23,954 nucleotides of DNA. Origin: a bacterium (GTDB lineage: Bacteria > Zixibacteria > MSB-5A5 > GN15 > FEB-12). Location: assembly GCA_043811375.1 (NCBI GenBank), contig JBDRNJ010000070.1, positions 1-23,954 of the forward strand, given 5' to 3'. The translations under genes and the position numbers were made by a program. Of the stretch, positions 1 through 6,742 are shown one piece after another (position 1 is the first letter of the stretch; each line of letters starts with the position of its first letter). The notes under the pieces were generated by a model that made no database searches, was not told the DNA's origin, and saw nothing but the letters and a program-made list of their open reading frames with translations.

Positions 1-102
1 GCGGAGATATTGGAGCAGCGGGAACGAATCAAGACAGAAACAATCAGGAAACGGAGAGAATCATACCGAAAAGCCATTGCAATGAGGCAAAGTGTGTCTT
101 AG
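1..102 (+). CDS. C-terminal fragment of a probable IS3/IS481-type DDE transposase (truncated by window edge)
   Basis: Frame 1 is open from base 1 to TAG at 100-102: AEILEQRERIKTETIRKRRESYRKAIAMRQSVS*. This resembles the basic C-terminal tail (..IL.ERERIK..TI..RR) of a group of integrase-core IS transposases. Not in the ORF track. Confidence 0.55.
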   Translation, partial: AEILEQRERIKTETIRKRRESYRKAIAMRQSVS

Positions 103-141
103 CTTAAGGAGCAACGTGTCCGACTTGTTTGACGACATACA
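1..141 (+). mobile_element. Right end of a probable insertion sequence, terminal inverted repeat about 116-141
   Basis: The transposase-like tail is followed by GTGTCCGACTTGTTTGACGACATACA, which ends in ACA (5'-TGT on the other strand), as in IS3/IS481-type ends. The partner IR is outside the window. Confidence 0.45.
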
Positions 142-143
142 CC

Positions 144-172
144 TTGCGTCAGTATATACAAAGTGTTACCTT
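144..172 (+). promoter_or_regulatory. sigma70-type promoter for the DUF1778-like gene (and possibly the tRNA-His-like gene)
   Basis: TTGCGT(144-149)-17 bp-TACCTT(167-172), with TG just upstream of the -10. Confidence 0.5.
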
Positions 173-200
173 ACCGATAGCAATAGCAGCAGCCCCACTT

Positions 201-371
201 ATGAAGAAAACAGATACACTGATATTCAGGCTTTCGCCGAAAGATCGAAGGCTGATAAACCTTGCCGCGAAGATTGACCGTCGCACAGTGTCAAACTTCA
301 TTCGGTTGGCGGTATTGGATAGAGCAGAGACAATCATCCAGACGGTGAAGAAACGAAAGGAGGCCAAATAG
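201..371 (+). CDS. DUF1778-like ribbon-helix-helix protein (TacA-type antitoxin fold), 56 aa
   Basis: MKKTDTLIFRLSPKDRRLINLAAKIDRRTVSNFIRLAVLDRAETII: alternating beta-strand followed by the 'I..AA...R.VS.FI..A....A' pattern. ATG at 201 lies downstream of the promoter. Confidence 0.75.
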   Translation: MKKTDTLIFRLSPKDRRLINLAAKIDRRTVSNFIRLAVLDRAETIIQTVKKRKEAK

Positions 372-458
372 ACAGCACGTAAGTGCTACAGGTGCTGAAA
401 AGGGCACCTGATTGCATTAAAAACACGTGTGATTGGTGATCGTAAGTGGTTGGTATAC

Positions 459-529
459 GGTCCTGTAGCTCAGTTGGTTAGAGCGCCTGACTGTGGATCA
501 GGAGGTCGGCAGTTCAACTCTGCCCCCCA
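459..529 (+). pseudogene. tRNA-His(GTG)-like gene with intact D, anticodon and T arms but a broken acceptor stem
   Basis: D arm TAGCTCAGTTGGTTAGAGC; anticodon arm CCTGA-CTGTGGA-TCAGG (486-502); T arm GGCAG-TTCAACT-CTGCC (508-524); then CCCCA (525-529). The 5' strand GGTCCTG has no 3' partner. Confidence 0.85.
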
Positions 530-2185
530 GTATTCTCTTAAGTGCAAACTATTCTTCGGCGCAGCCGCCCCGATAAGACCCCCAATATCGGCCTCAGATC
601 TAACTCTCAAATACTTGTTACCGTCAATGACTTCTGGGGAAAGAGTAAATTCTCCCAGGAGCGAAGTCAGCTTGGCTTTGGCAACCAGGGGATCAGCTTC
701 AAAGAGTTCGCTCATTCGGCCAAGCCAGCCACGGACCCAATGGCTTTCAACCTTCAGCCTATTGTAGCTGAGCTTGCTGTTAAGCGCGGTATGCTGCCGG
801 TCAATCTCGGCCCGACGGGCTTCAACCTCTGAAAGACGCTTCTTGAGATCATCGGACCTGAAACCGTTAGCTATTGCGTCGATGATATTAGACGCTTGGC
901 GGTCCAGCTTCTCCTTCTCGACCAATAGGGCTGGGGAACTCTTGCGCAGGACCCTCAGCTTCTGGCGCAGTGTCTTGTTAATAAGCTTCACAATACTCGA
1001 TAATGTTGAGGGATTCAGCAATTGTAGCTGGATGTCTCCAAGAATCTTTTTCTCAATCTCACGTCGACCAACCTTGAATATGTTTGGGCACGCCACCTTT
1101 CCGCGGTGGTGATTTGTACCGCAAGCGTACAACGGGTTCGGTCTGTCTGTTCCAGTCACGACAATGTAACTGCCACCACATATTTGACACTTTATCAGAC
1201 CGGAGAACAGGAATCGTGACCGGAAACGACTCTTCTTTAGTGAACCTCGCTTGTTTTTGAGGGTCCTTCGCTGGACTTTGTCCCAGGTAGCTTTGTCAAT
1301 GATGGCTAAGGCAGGTTGCGGATTTTCAACCCACTCACCGCGATCCTTGACGATTCGCTTTCTTTGACCGGTCTCAGGATTCGTCACCCAGCCGGTCTTG
1401 TTGAACGTCCAATCTCCTGCGTACTTGGGATTTCTGAGGATATTGCGTACTGTACCCGGTATCCAACCTGGTATCGCTTTACCCAACGAAGTTAGTCGAC
1501 GTCTGCCGGGGGGAGCATGTCCTTTCTCGTTAAGGTGATGCGTTATATCCCGGATACCAAGACCTTCGTTGAAAAGCTGGAATATCTCACGAACGACATT
1601 TGCTTGGTCGGAATCTATTTCAATGCGGGTTCCGACAACCCTGGGACGACCAGTCTTACGATCGGTAGTACCTGTGTCGTCCTCCACCATAACGTATTGA
1701 TAGCCATACAATCTACCACAGGTGTTAAATCCTCTGAGCGCCTGACCGGCCATGCCTCGGAGCGTCTTCGATGCAAGGTCGCGCCTATACTGGCTATCCA
1801 GCAAGCTATTCACGCCAACGGACAAGTGGGCTTGCTTATCTGCACTGTTGATACCCTGGGACACAAAGTAAATGTGTATGTCGTAGAAACGAAGTCGCTC
1901 AATAATACTCTCCACCTCTCCTGGTTTCCGTGAGAGACGACTTGTGTCATCAACAAGCAGGTAATCAAATGAATGGGGTAATGTCTGAGCGACACGAAGC
2001 AAGTCCGACAATCCAGTTCTACCAATGGCTGAAGCACCCGAAACCGCCCTGTCAGTGTATTTGTGACCGTCCAGTACAACCCAACCCTTCTGCTCTGCGA
2101 ATCGGCTACAGTTTCGTATCTGATCGTCTATTGACCTGTCCCGTTGAAGGTCACTGGAGTATCTGGCATATATGGCGCAGCGCAT
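470..2185 (-). CDS. Large serine recombinase/integrase (resolvase + recombinase + Zn-ribbon + coiled coil), 571 aa
   Basis: MRCAIYARYSSDLQ (catalytic Ser), DDTSRLSR, ILRNPKYAG, LFSGLIKCQICG..YAC..C. Start moved to ATG 2185 because of the RBS AGGAGG/AGGTGA and the upstream promoter. Confidence 0.95.
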   Translation of the reverse strand: MRCAIYARYSSDLQRDRSIDDQIRNCSRFAEQKGWVVLDGHKYTDRAVSGASAIGRTGLSDLLRVAQTLPHSFDYLLVDDTSRLSRKPGEVESIIERLRFYDIHIYFVSQGINSADKQAHLSVGVNSLLDSQYRRDLASKTLRGMAGQALRGFNTCGRLYGYQYVMVEDDTGTTDRKTGRPRVVGTRIEIDSDQANVVREIFQLFNEGLGIRDITHHLNEKGHAPPGRRRLTSLGKAIPGWIPGTVRNILRNPKYAGDWTFNKTGWVTNPETGQRKRIVKDRGEWVENPQPALAIIDKATWDKVQRRTLKNKRGSLKKSRFRSRFLFSGLIKCQICGGSYIVVTGTDRPNPLYACGTNHHRGKVACPNIFKVGRREIEKKILGDIQLQLLNPSTLSSIVKLINKTLRQKLRVLRKSSPALLVEKEKLDRQASNIIDAIANGFRSDDLKKRLSEVEARRAEIDRQHTALNSKLSYNRLKVESHWVRGWLGRMSELFEADPLVAKAKLTSLLGEFTLSPEVIDGNKYLRVRSEADIGGLIGAAAPKNSLHLREYWGAELNCRPPDPQSGALTN

Positions 2186-2212
2186 TGTATCACCTACCTC
2201 CTGCCTCTGTGC

Positions 2213-2241
2213 AGAGTAACCAGAACTGGCTGAATTGTCAA
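2213..2241 (-). promoter_or_regulatory. sigma70 promoter of the left recombinase
   Basis: Minus strand TTGACA(2241-2236)-17 bp-TACTCT(2218-2213), 27 nt upstream of ATG 2185. Confidence 0.7.
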
Positions 2242-2250
2242 TATCCATGG

Positions 2251-2372
2251 CCCACACACTGCATAAAACACCCGAAAGGCACGAAACCCACCAATCACAC
2301 AGTTTCCGGGTTCAGCAAACTCTGTTGGGACTCAACAGCTTTGTGCGTTTCGTGTGAATCGTGTGTTTGTTT
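2251..2372. repeat. Convergent arrays of degenerate 9-bp repeats (consensus CNCACGAAA) around a small hairpin; candidate replication origin
   Basis: Plus strand: CACCCGAAA, GGCACGAAA, CCCACCAAT, CACACAGTT (2269-2304). Minus strand: CACACGATT, CACACGAAA, CGCACAAAG (~2339-2365). Central CTGTTG-GGACT-CAACAG (2322-2338). Confidence 0.55.
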
Positions 2373-3932
2373 CAGGCCGTAGGCGCTCCTTAGCTGCTTG
2401 ATTTGGTCTTCGTCCCACACCATGCCCATGTTGTTGCCTGTCCTGGCCTTCTTGAAACCCATCGCCGATAGCCTTCGGCCGATCCCTTGGTAAGTGACCT
2501 GGTTCCTTTCTGTTTTCCCCTCATTGAGTGAGTCAGTAATATCCTTGATTGCCAATTTGCCCTTGTCCACCCGGCCCCTAATGGTCTCAAGGACCACGAG
2601 AATCCTGGCTTCGAGACTATCGGCTTTCTCGTTCAGCCTTTCTTGCTCCAAGTCCCGGACGAGTTCGAGAAAGCTCTCCTCTCGCTCGGGACTGACGGCT
2701 CTAATGATCTGCTGGAGCGGTTTCAGAATGTCCCCGAGTCTACCAAAAGCAGGTTTGGCAATATCCGGAAAGGGCTCCCCGAGGTATCTCGCTCGGAAGG
2801 CCAGGAGCTTTTCTTTCAAAGGAAGGGCGATTTCAGGTGTAATGTCGTTTTCAAAGCGTTTGGTGGTCTGCGGCATGTTCATCTGGACCGCCCTCGATTC
2901 CAGTATCTTGTGAACCCCTTCGTTAGTACCGATGATTGTCGGGCCGAAAATGTCGTAGTACACAGTGTCACAGAAAGGGCCTTTTTCGGGGTAGAGGACT
3001 CTGGGGACTTTGGCTCCCTTCTCGTAGCGCAGGAGTAGAATATCGTCGCTTCCAGCTTTTTCAGCTCGGCGCCAAACGTTTCTGACGTCTATGAACAGAC
3101 TTGCACAGAAGTTATTGGCCACCCTGACCATGTAAGCATCCCGCAGAGACTCCACGTAGATGCCACGGTAGGATATATAGATGGCACCCTTTCCGGTTCG
3201 GCTTTTGCCCCGTTCGGGCACAGCAAAAAGACATATAACAGGAGAATACTGACATTGCTCCAAGCAGTATGTATGGAGAATCCAGGCAGCCAGTAGATCA
3301 TAGTGCCCATCGGCTGGAAGCTGGGAGTTCTGTTTGAGATAGGAAACAACCTCTCCAAATGTCGCCCAATCCGCCTCACCCGGCCGCATCTGGCTCTCAG
3401 CATTGAAAATCTCTACCACCTTCTTTCCATTAGGCAGCTTCCAAGGAATCTGTCTGGCCGGCGGTGGATGATGGGTCGTGCCATCGATATCAAAAGAAGT
3501 CTGTATTTCGAGCCGATCATCATCCTTCACTAGAAACGCCGTTTTGCCATCATGCTCTACGACGTCAACCAGGCCCTCGAACCTGGCCGTATAGGCTGGC
3601 CGCTTCTGACTGGTCTGCTCATCACCCTTGCCGCTCGTTCGCTTAATGAAGTCTTTCCGGTGCCGGTTCAGATCAGCGCGAAAGGATTTGAGTTCTGACA
3701 CAGTCAGGCTAAAGTGCTCCTTGACGGTGTGACAGAGCACCGCCTCTGCGTACGAGACGTCGAGGTCCGCCAGTCCTTGCATGATCGGCTTGAGCGCTGT
3801 AGCTCGTTCGACCGGCGAGAGATCGGGATTGATCGCCAATATCTTCTGCGCAAATGGATCGGCGGATTCAACCTCATTCATCTGGTGATCCAGGCCGAAC
3901 TCAGCTTTGGCGGCTTGCTCTGGTATTTCCAT
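2295..3932 (-). CDS. DUF3631-like primase-associated replication protein with degenerate P-loop, 545 aa
   Basis: LLAAWILHTY..PVICLFAVPERGKSR (Walker A-like), FGPTIIG, ILESRAV, GRLGDILKPL and a C-terminal wHTH-like segment (IGRRLSAMGFK). This pattern is typical of replication proteins in integrative elements. Confidence 0.7.
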   Translation of the reverse strand: MEIPEQAAKAEFGLDHQMNEVESADPFAQKILAINPDLSPVERATALKPIMQGLADLDVSYAEAVLCHTVKEHFSLTVSELKSFRADLNRHRKDFIKRTSGKGDEQTSQKRPAYTARFEGLVDVVEHDGKTAFLVKDDDRLEIQTSFDIDGTTHHPPPARQIPWKLPNGKKVVEIFNAESQMRPGEADWATFGEVVSYLKQNSQLPADGHYDLLAAWILHTYCLEQCQYSPVICLFAVPERGKSRTGKGAIYISYRGIYVESLRDAYMVRVANNFCASLFIDVRNVWRRAEKAGSDDILLLRYEKGAKVPRVLYPEKGPFCDTVYYDIFGPTIIGTNEGVHKILESRAVQMNMPQTTKRFENDITPEIALPLKEKLLAFRARYLGEPFPDIAKPAFGRLGDILKPLQQIIRAVSPEREESFLELVRDLEQERLNEKADSLEARILVVLETIRGRVDKGKLAIKDITDSLNEGKTERNQVTYQGIGRRLSAMGFKKARTGNNMGMVWDEDQIKQLRSAYGLKQTHDSHETHKAVESQQSLLNPETV

Positions 3933-4497
3933 GACCGGTTATTCTTTTCCTCATTGCATTTCGTTCCCACGTTGCTTCTATTACTTGCGAATCCATTTCC
4001 TCAAGTTCGTACAGAACGACTTCTTCCCTGGGATAGAAGTCCTCCATTGACATCCTGGTACGCGTCATGCTCCGCCGAATGATGCGGAGATATGTGTCAA
4101 GTCCCGCGCGGATGGTTTTCAGCCTTTCCTGACGGTTCTTAGCGGCCAGGTACTCTTCGTTCGACAGCAGTGGGTTGATTCGACTCATTGGCCGTGGGCG
4201 AAAGGATTCCTGCGGCGAATTGGGCTGATTATCATCAAACGGCAGACCGGCCATTGAGCACAGGTGACGAAGGGCTTCCCTGCGCTGGCAATGGTGCAGA
4301 TACTGAACCAGGTCGATCAGTCCGCCGCTGACCCCGCAGGAGAAGCAGCAGAATGTCGAATCCTCAAAAGAGAACGAAGTCCGGTTGCTGCTGTCGTGAA
4401 TGGGGCAAGGCATACGGTTCCTGACAGGCTTGTGTCCATGCGCTGCCAAAACGTCCCGGATTGTAACTCGGGCCAGAATCTGGTCAAAGTCGACCAT
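3901..4497 (-). CDS. CHC2 zinc-finger (DnaG-type zinc-binding domain) protein without TOPRIM domain, ~198 aa
   Basis: CPIHDSSNRTSF..FCCFSCGVSGGLIDLVQYL..REALRHL. RBS AGGAGA before ATG 4497. The C-terminal half is helical/coiled coil. Confidence 0.85.
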   Translation of the reverse strand: MVDFDQILARVTIRDVLAAHGHKPVRNRMPCPIHDSSNRTSFSFEDSTFCCFSCGVSGGLIDLVQYLHHCQRREALRHLCSMAGLPFDDNQPNSPQESFRPRPMSRINPLLSNEEYLAAKNRQERLKTIRAGLDTYLRIIRRSMTRTRMSMEDFYPREEVVLYELEEMDSQVIEATWERNAMRKRITGHGNTRASRQS

Positions 4498-4747
4498 TGT
4501 TTCTCCTGGCCTCGTGGGCGACACCCTTCAGCGAGTTGATGACCTCAGAGAACCGCAGCGCTGAAACCTGCCCTGACCCGGTAAAGAATGCTGATATATC
4601 TTCGTCGCTCGGGTGTTTTGACAGGATGAAGGTCACCTGCCGTGAACCAGGAGTAGGCTCAGTGCCAGCCAGTTCAGCCCTGCCGGTCGCGATAAGATAG
4701 CTGGCAAACGTCAGCTTCTCGGTTTTGTACTGGGACGTTGTTGTCAT
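4484..4747 (-). CDS. DUF5659-like small mobile-element protein, 87 aa
   Basis: YKTEKLTFASYLIATG..L.G......VTFIL....FFTG...VSALRF....LK pattern. RBS GGAG. Confidence 0.7.
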   Translation of the reverse strand: MTTTSQYKTEKLTFASYLIATGRAELAGTEPTPGSRQVTFILSKHPSDEDISAFFTGSGQVSALRFSEVINSLKGVAHEARRNNGRL

Positions 4748-4892
4748 TCTTTGCTCCGATCATCTGAGATTTTATTTCCTGGAGTTTCTTTTCAACGACA
4801 AGTTCGGCTACCAGATCGATGAGAGGGCTGAGCTCTTTAGACAGAGAAGGCTGCGGCGGTGCCGATCGTTCTACTGACTGTTCTTGTGTCAT
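4674..4892 (-). CDS. Small hypothetical protein with amphipathic helix (first gene after repeat array A)
   Basis: GAGG just before ATG 4892. Helix LSPLIDLVAELVVEKKLQEIK. Overlaps the start of the DUF5659-like gene. Confidence 0.5.
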   Translation of the reverse strand: MTQEQSVERSAPPQPSLSKELSPLIDLVAELVVEKKLQEIKSQMIGAKNDNNVPVQNREADVCQLSYRDRQG

Positions 4893-4962
4893 GCCTCAAC
4901 ATGACCACACAGCAGAGGTTGTCAAACAATCTGATTGGACGGATGCAGATTTCGACACATTT

Positions 4963-5013
4963 ATGTCGAACAGATGTCGAACAGACGTCGAACGTCGAAC
5001 GGACGTCGAACGG
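4963..5013. repeat. Tandem direct-repeat array A (GTCGAAC x5, mainly 11-bp period)
   Basis: ATGTCGAACAG ATGTCGAACAG ACGTCGAAC GTCGAACGG ACGTCGAACGG. Heptamers start at 4965, 4976, 4987, 4994 and 5005. One inverted partial copy TTCGAC at 4951-4956. Confidence 0.9.
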
Positions 5014-5040
5014 GAGTGTCCCCGGGTAAGAAAAACGCTG

Positions 5041-6540
5041 TTAAGTTGTTCTGGATTTAGACAGATTTATCTTTAGGCTATATAGTCCCCAGCCCTCATT
5101 GCGCAGCAACGGTTGAATGGGCGTCTTCTTGAATAAGTCGTAAACTCTATAGGTTTTCTTTGCACCTGCTTTGCTCACAATTCTGTGACTCTCAACCGGC
5201 TTGTCTGAGTTTTTGAGTTCTGTCAGCAAAAAGTACAGAGCGTCGAACCTCCTGTACTTTCCTTCGGTGAGAGTCACTTTCTTGCCGTCTATCCAAACCT
5301 CTCTGGTCATCTTGTTGAGCTCCAGAGCCGGCTTCGGCGACTTTCCTGAAACACTACCTTTGATGTTTATTACTGACTTCTCAGTAAGAACCGTACTCCC
5401 CGATCCCGCTCTAAGCACTTGAATGGCGCGCTGCTGAAACACATTGAGGTACTCATCCAGTCCCTGCTTGCTCATTTCCCACGCAAAGAATAATCGATCA
5501 AACCACTCAGGCGAGCCGCTACTGTAATCTCGGTAAAAGTCCTTGAGGTCAAATTCGATGCCGACCCTTGGGTCTTCAGCTTTCCAAGGGCGAAGCCGGA
5601 TTCTAAGGTCAGTAATGGAACGTAGCGCCATTTCACCCGTCACGCGGCCTATTACTGTCAGCAGATCCGTCAATCCACCAGGTCGCAGGAATTTCTCTGT
5701 ATTTCGGTGACTCGGTAGATGATCGCTGTCGTAGAAGAGTCCGTACTTCTCGTCTACAGTTAACAAGAAATGTGTATCGTCACTTCTCAGCACGGTCTTA
5801 GACTTCTCAAGACACACTTGGGCAACAGTCAATGCTGCCTCCTGCCCGATTCCACGTGGTGTTGCCACTTGCACTTGCGACAGAAGACGTTTTACCACTT
5901 CACATTTGAATGCATAGACCTCCTTCCGAAGTACAGGACTATCCAGTCGGTCGGTCTCTTCCGGTTTGAGAAACTTCAGGTAATCTGCATCTGGATATTC
6001 GCATATGGTCCCATCGGCAACCCGTTCTTGACCCGTACTGCGTAGCCAGAATACTCCATCCTTTCCTTGGTGTCTCTTCCTCACGAAATAAAGGCAACCC
6101 AACTGACAATCCAACCAGGGGGACACATCGAAGTCCATCTCTGGGTAACCGGTTTGTAGGAGAGACTCCTTGTTAGTTCTTTGGAATTCCAAGAATTGTT
6201 CCAGCGCTATTGACCAGTCACCAATACTATAGAAGCAGTTGTAAGGATCGGCCAACTGGCTTGCGAAACGCTGACGATTGCTGAAATCCTCCAAATTCTG
6301 GGTCTCAAATAGGTTTAGAGCTTGTTCAAGATTCTGTGAAAGACACTTGAAGGCTTCATCAAAGTCAGGGTCGGCAGATTTGATGGTGCCTTCTTTGTGA
6401 TTGATGCCCTTAAGTGTGTTTCCAAGTATTTGCACAACTCGCACATGATCAGGCGAATCTTTAGGTGCGTAGTCCAACGCTATCGACTCGATGAAGGCGT
6501 GCCTAGATGCAAATTTCGATCTGGTTTTGCTTGTGTGCAA
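5041..6540 (-). CDS. Hypothetical protein with C-terminal OmpR/PhoB-like winged-helix DNA-binding domain, ~499 aa
   Basis: C-terminus LELNKMTREVWIDGKKVTLT..FDALYFLL..PVESHRI...LLRNEGWGLYSL resembles Trans_reg_C (beta scaffold, helices, wing). The N-terminal ~400 aa are unrecognised. TTG start is uncertain. Confidence 0.65.
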   Translation of the reverse strand: MHTSKTRSKFASRHAFIESIALDYAPKDSPDHVRVVQILGNTLKGINHKEGTIKSADPDFDEAFKCLSQNLEQALNLFETQNLEDFSNRQRFASQLADPYNCFYSIGDWSIALEQFLEFQRTNKESLLQTGYPEMDFDVSPWLDCQLGCLYFVRKRHQGKDGVFWLRSTGQERVADGTICEYPDADYLKFLKPEETDRLDSPVLRKEVYAFKCEVVKRLLSQVQVATPRGIGQEAALTVAQVCLEKSKTVLRSDDTHFLLTVDEKYGLFYDSDHLPSHRNTEKFLRPGGLTDLLTVIGRVTGEMALRSITDLRIRLRPWKAEDPRVGIEFDLKDFYRDYSSGSPEWFDRLFFAWEMSKQGLDEYLNVFQQRAIQVLRAGSGSTVLTEKSVINIKGSVSGKSPKPALELNKMTREVWIDGKKVTLTEGKYRRFDALYFLLTELKNSDKPVESHRIVSKAGAKKTYRVYDLFKKTPIQPLLRNEGWGLYSLKINLSKSRTT

Positions 6541-6632
6541 CGAGCTTCAATCTTTGATTCACTTCAGTTTCCGTTATTTCATTGGCAAACATAAGACACT
6601 AATTCGATGAAGTGCATCAAAAAAAGATGACG

Positions 6633-6671
6633 CAGTGTCCCAGAAACGCTCCCTTTCTGGGCAGAACACTG
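6633..6671. repeat. Inverted repeat in the divergent gap between the two elements
   Basis: CAGTGT-CCCAGAAA(6633-6646)..TTTCTGGG(6654-6661)-CAGA-ACACTG(6666-6671). Confidence 0.5.
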
Positions 6672-6742
6672 TATCAAACTCCTTGGATGTTTGATCAGGC
6701 ACAGCGCATATTGGGATAAACACTGAAATGGTCTAAAGTGAA

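Larger units (their letters stand above)
459..6600 (-). mobile_element. Integrative element A (LSR + zf-CHC2/DUF3631-like replication module + wHTH protein), anchored at the tRNA-His-like gene; right boundary approximate
   Basis: Six co-oriented minus-strand genes of mobile-element type end in an LSR that overlaps a tRNA. No att duplication was found. Confidence 0.7.

Noticed and set aside
429..767. 112-aa plus-strand ORF across the tRNA-His-like gene
   Set aside because: It is a translation of the tRNA plus the antisense of the recombinase; no RBS or family motif.
2186..2257. 24-aa N-terminal extension of the left recombinase in the ORF track
   Set aside because: This stretch holds the promoter and RBS; the resolvase domain starts at ATG 2185.
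4963..5013. Array A as a CRISPR array or as LexA (Cheo) boxes
   Set aside because: Units are 7-11 bp with no spacers and no cas genes. CGAACAGATGTCG resembles CGAAC-N4-GTTCG but lacks a base, and the organisation is head-to-tail.
4819..5076. 85-aa plus-strand ORF with RTDVERRTDVER
   Set aside because: The peptide repeat only reflects the DNA repeat array; it is antisense to the flanking genes.
6693..6702. GATCAGGCAC as the displaced 3' end of tRNA-His (distal att site)
   Set aside because: Only 7 bp of similarity, partly to an inferred sequence; expected by chance.
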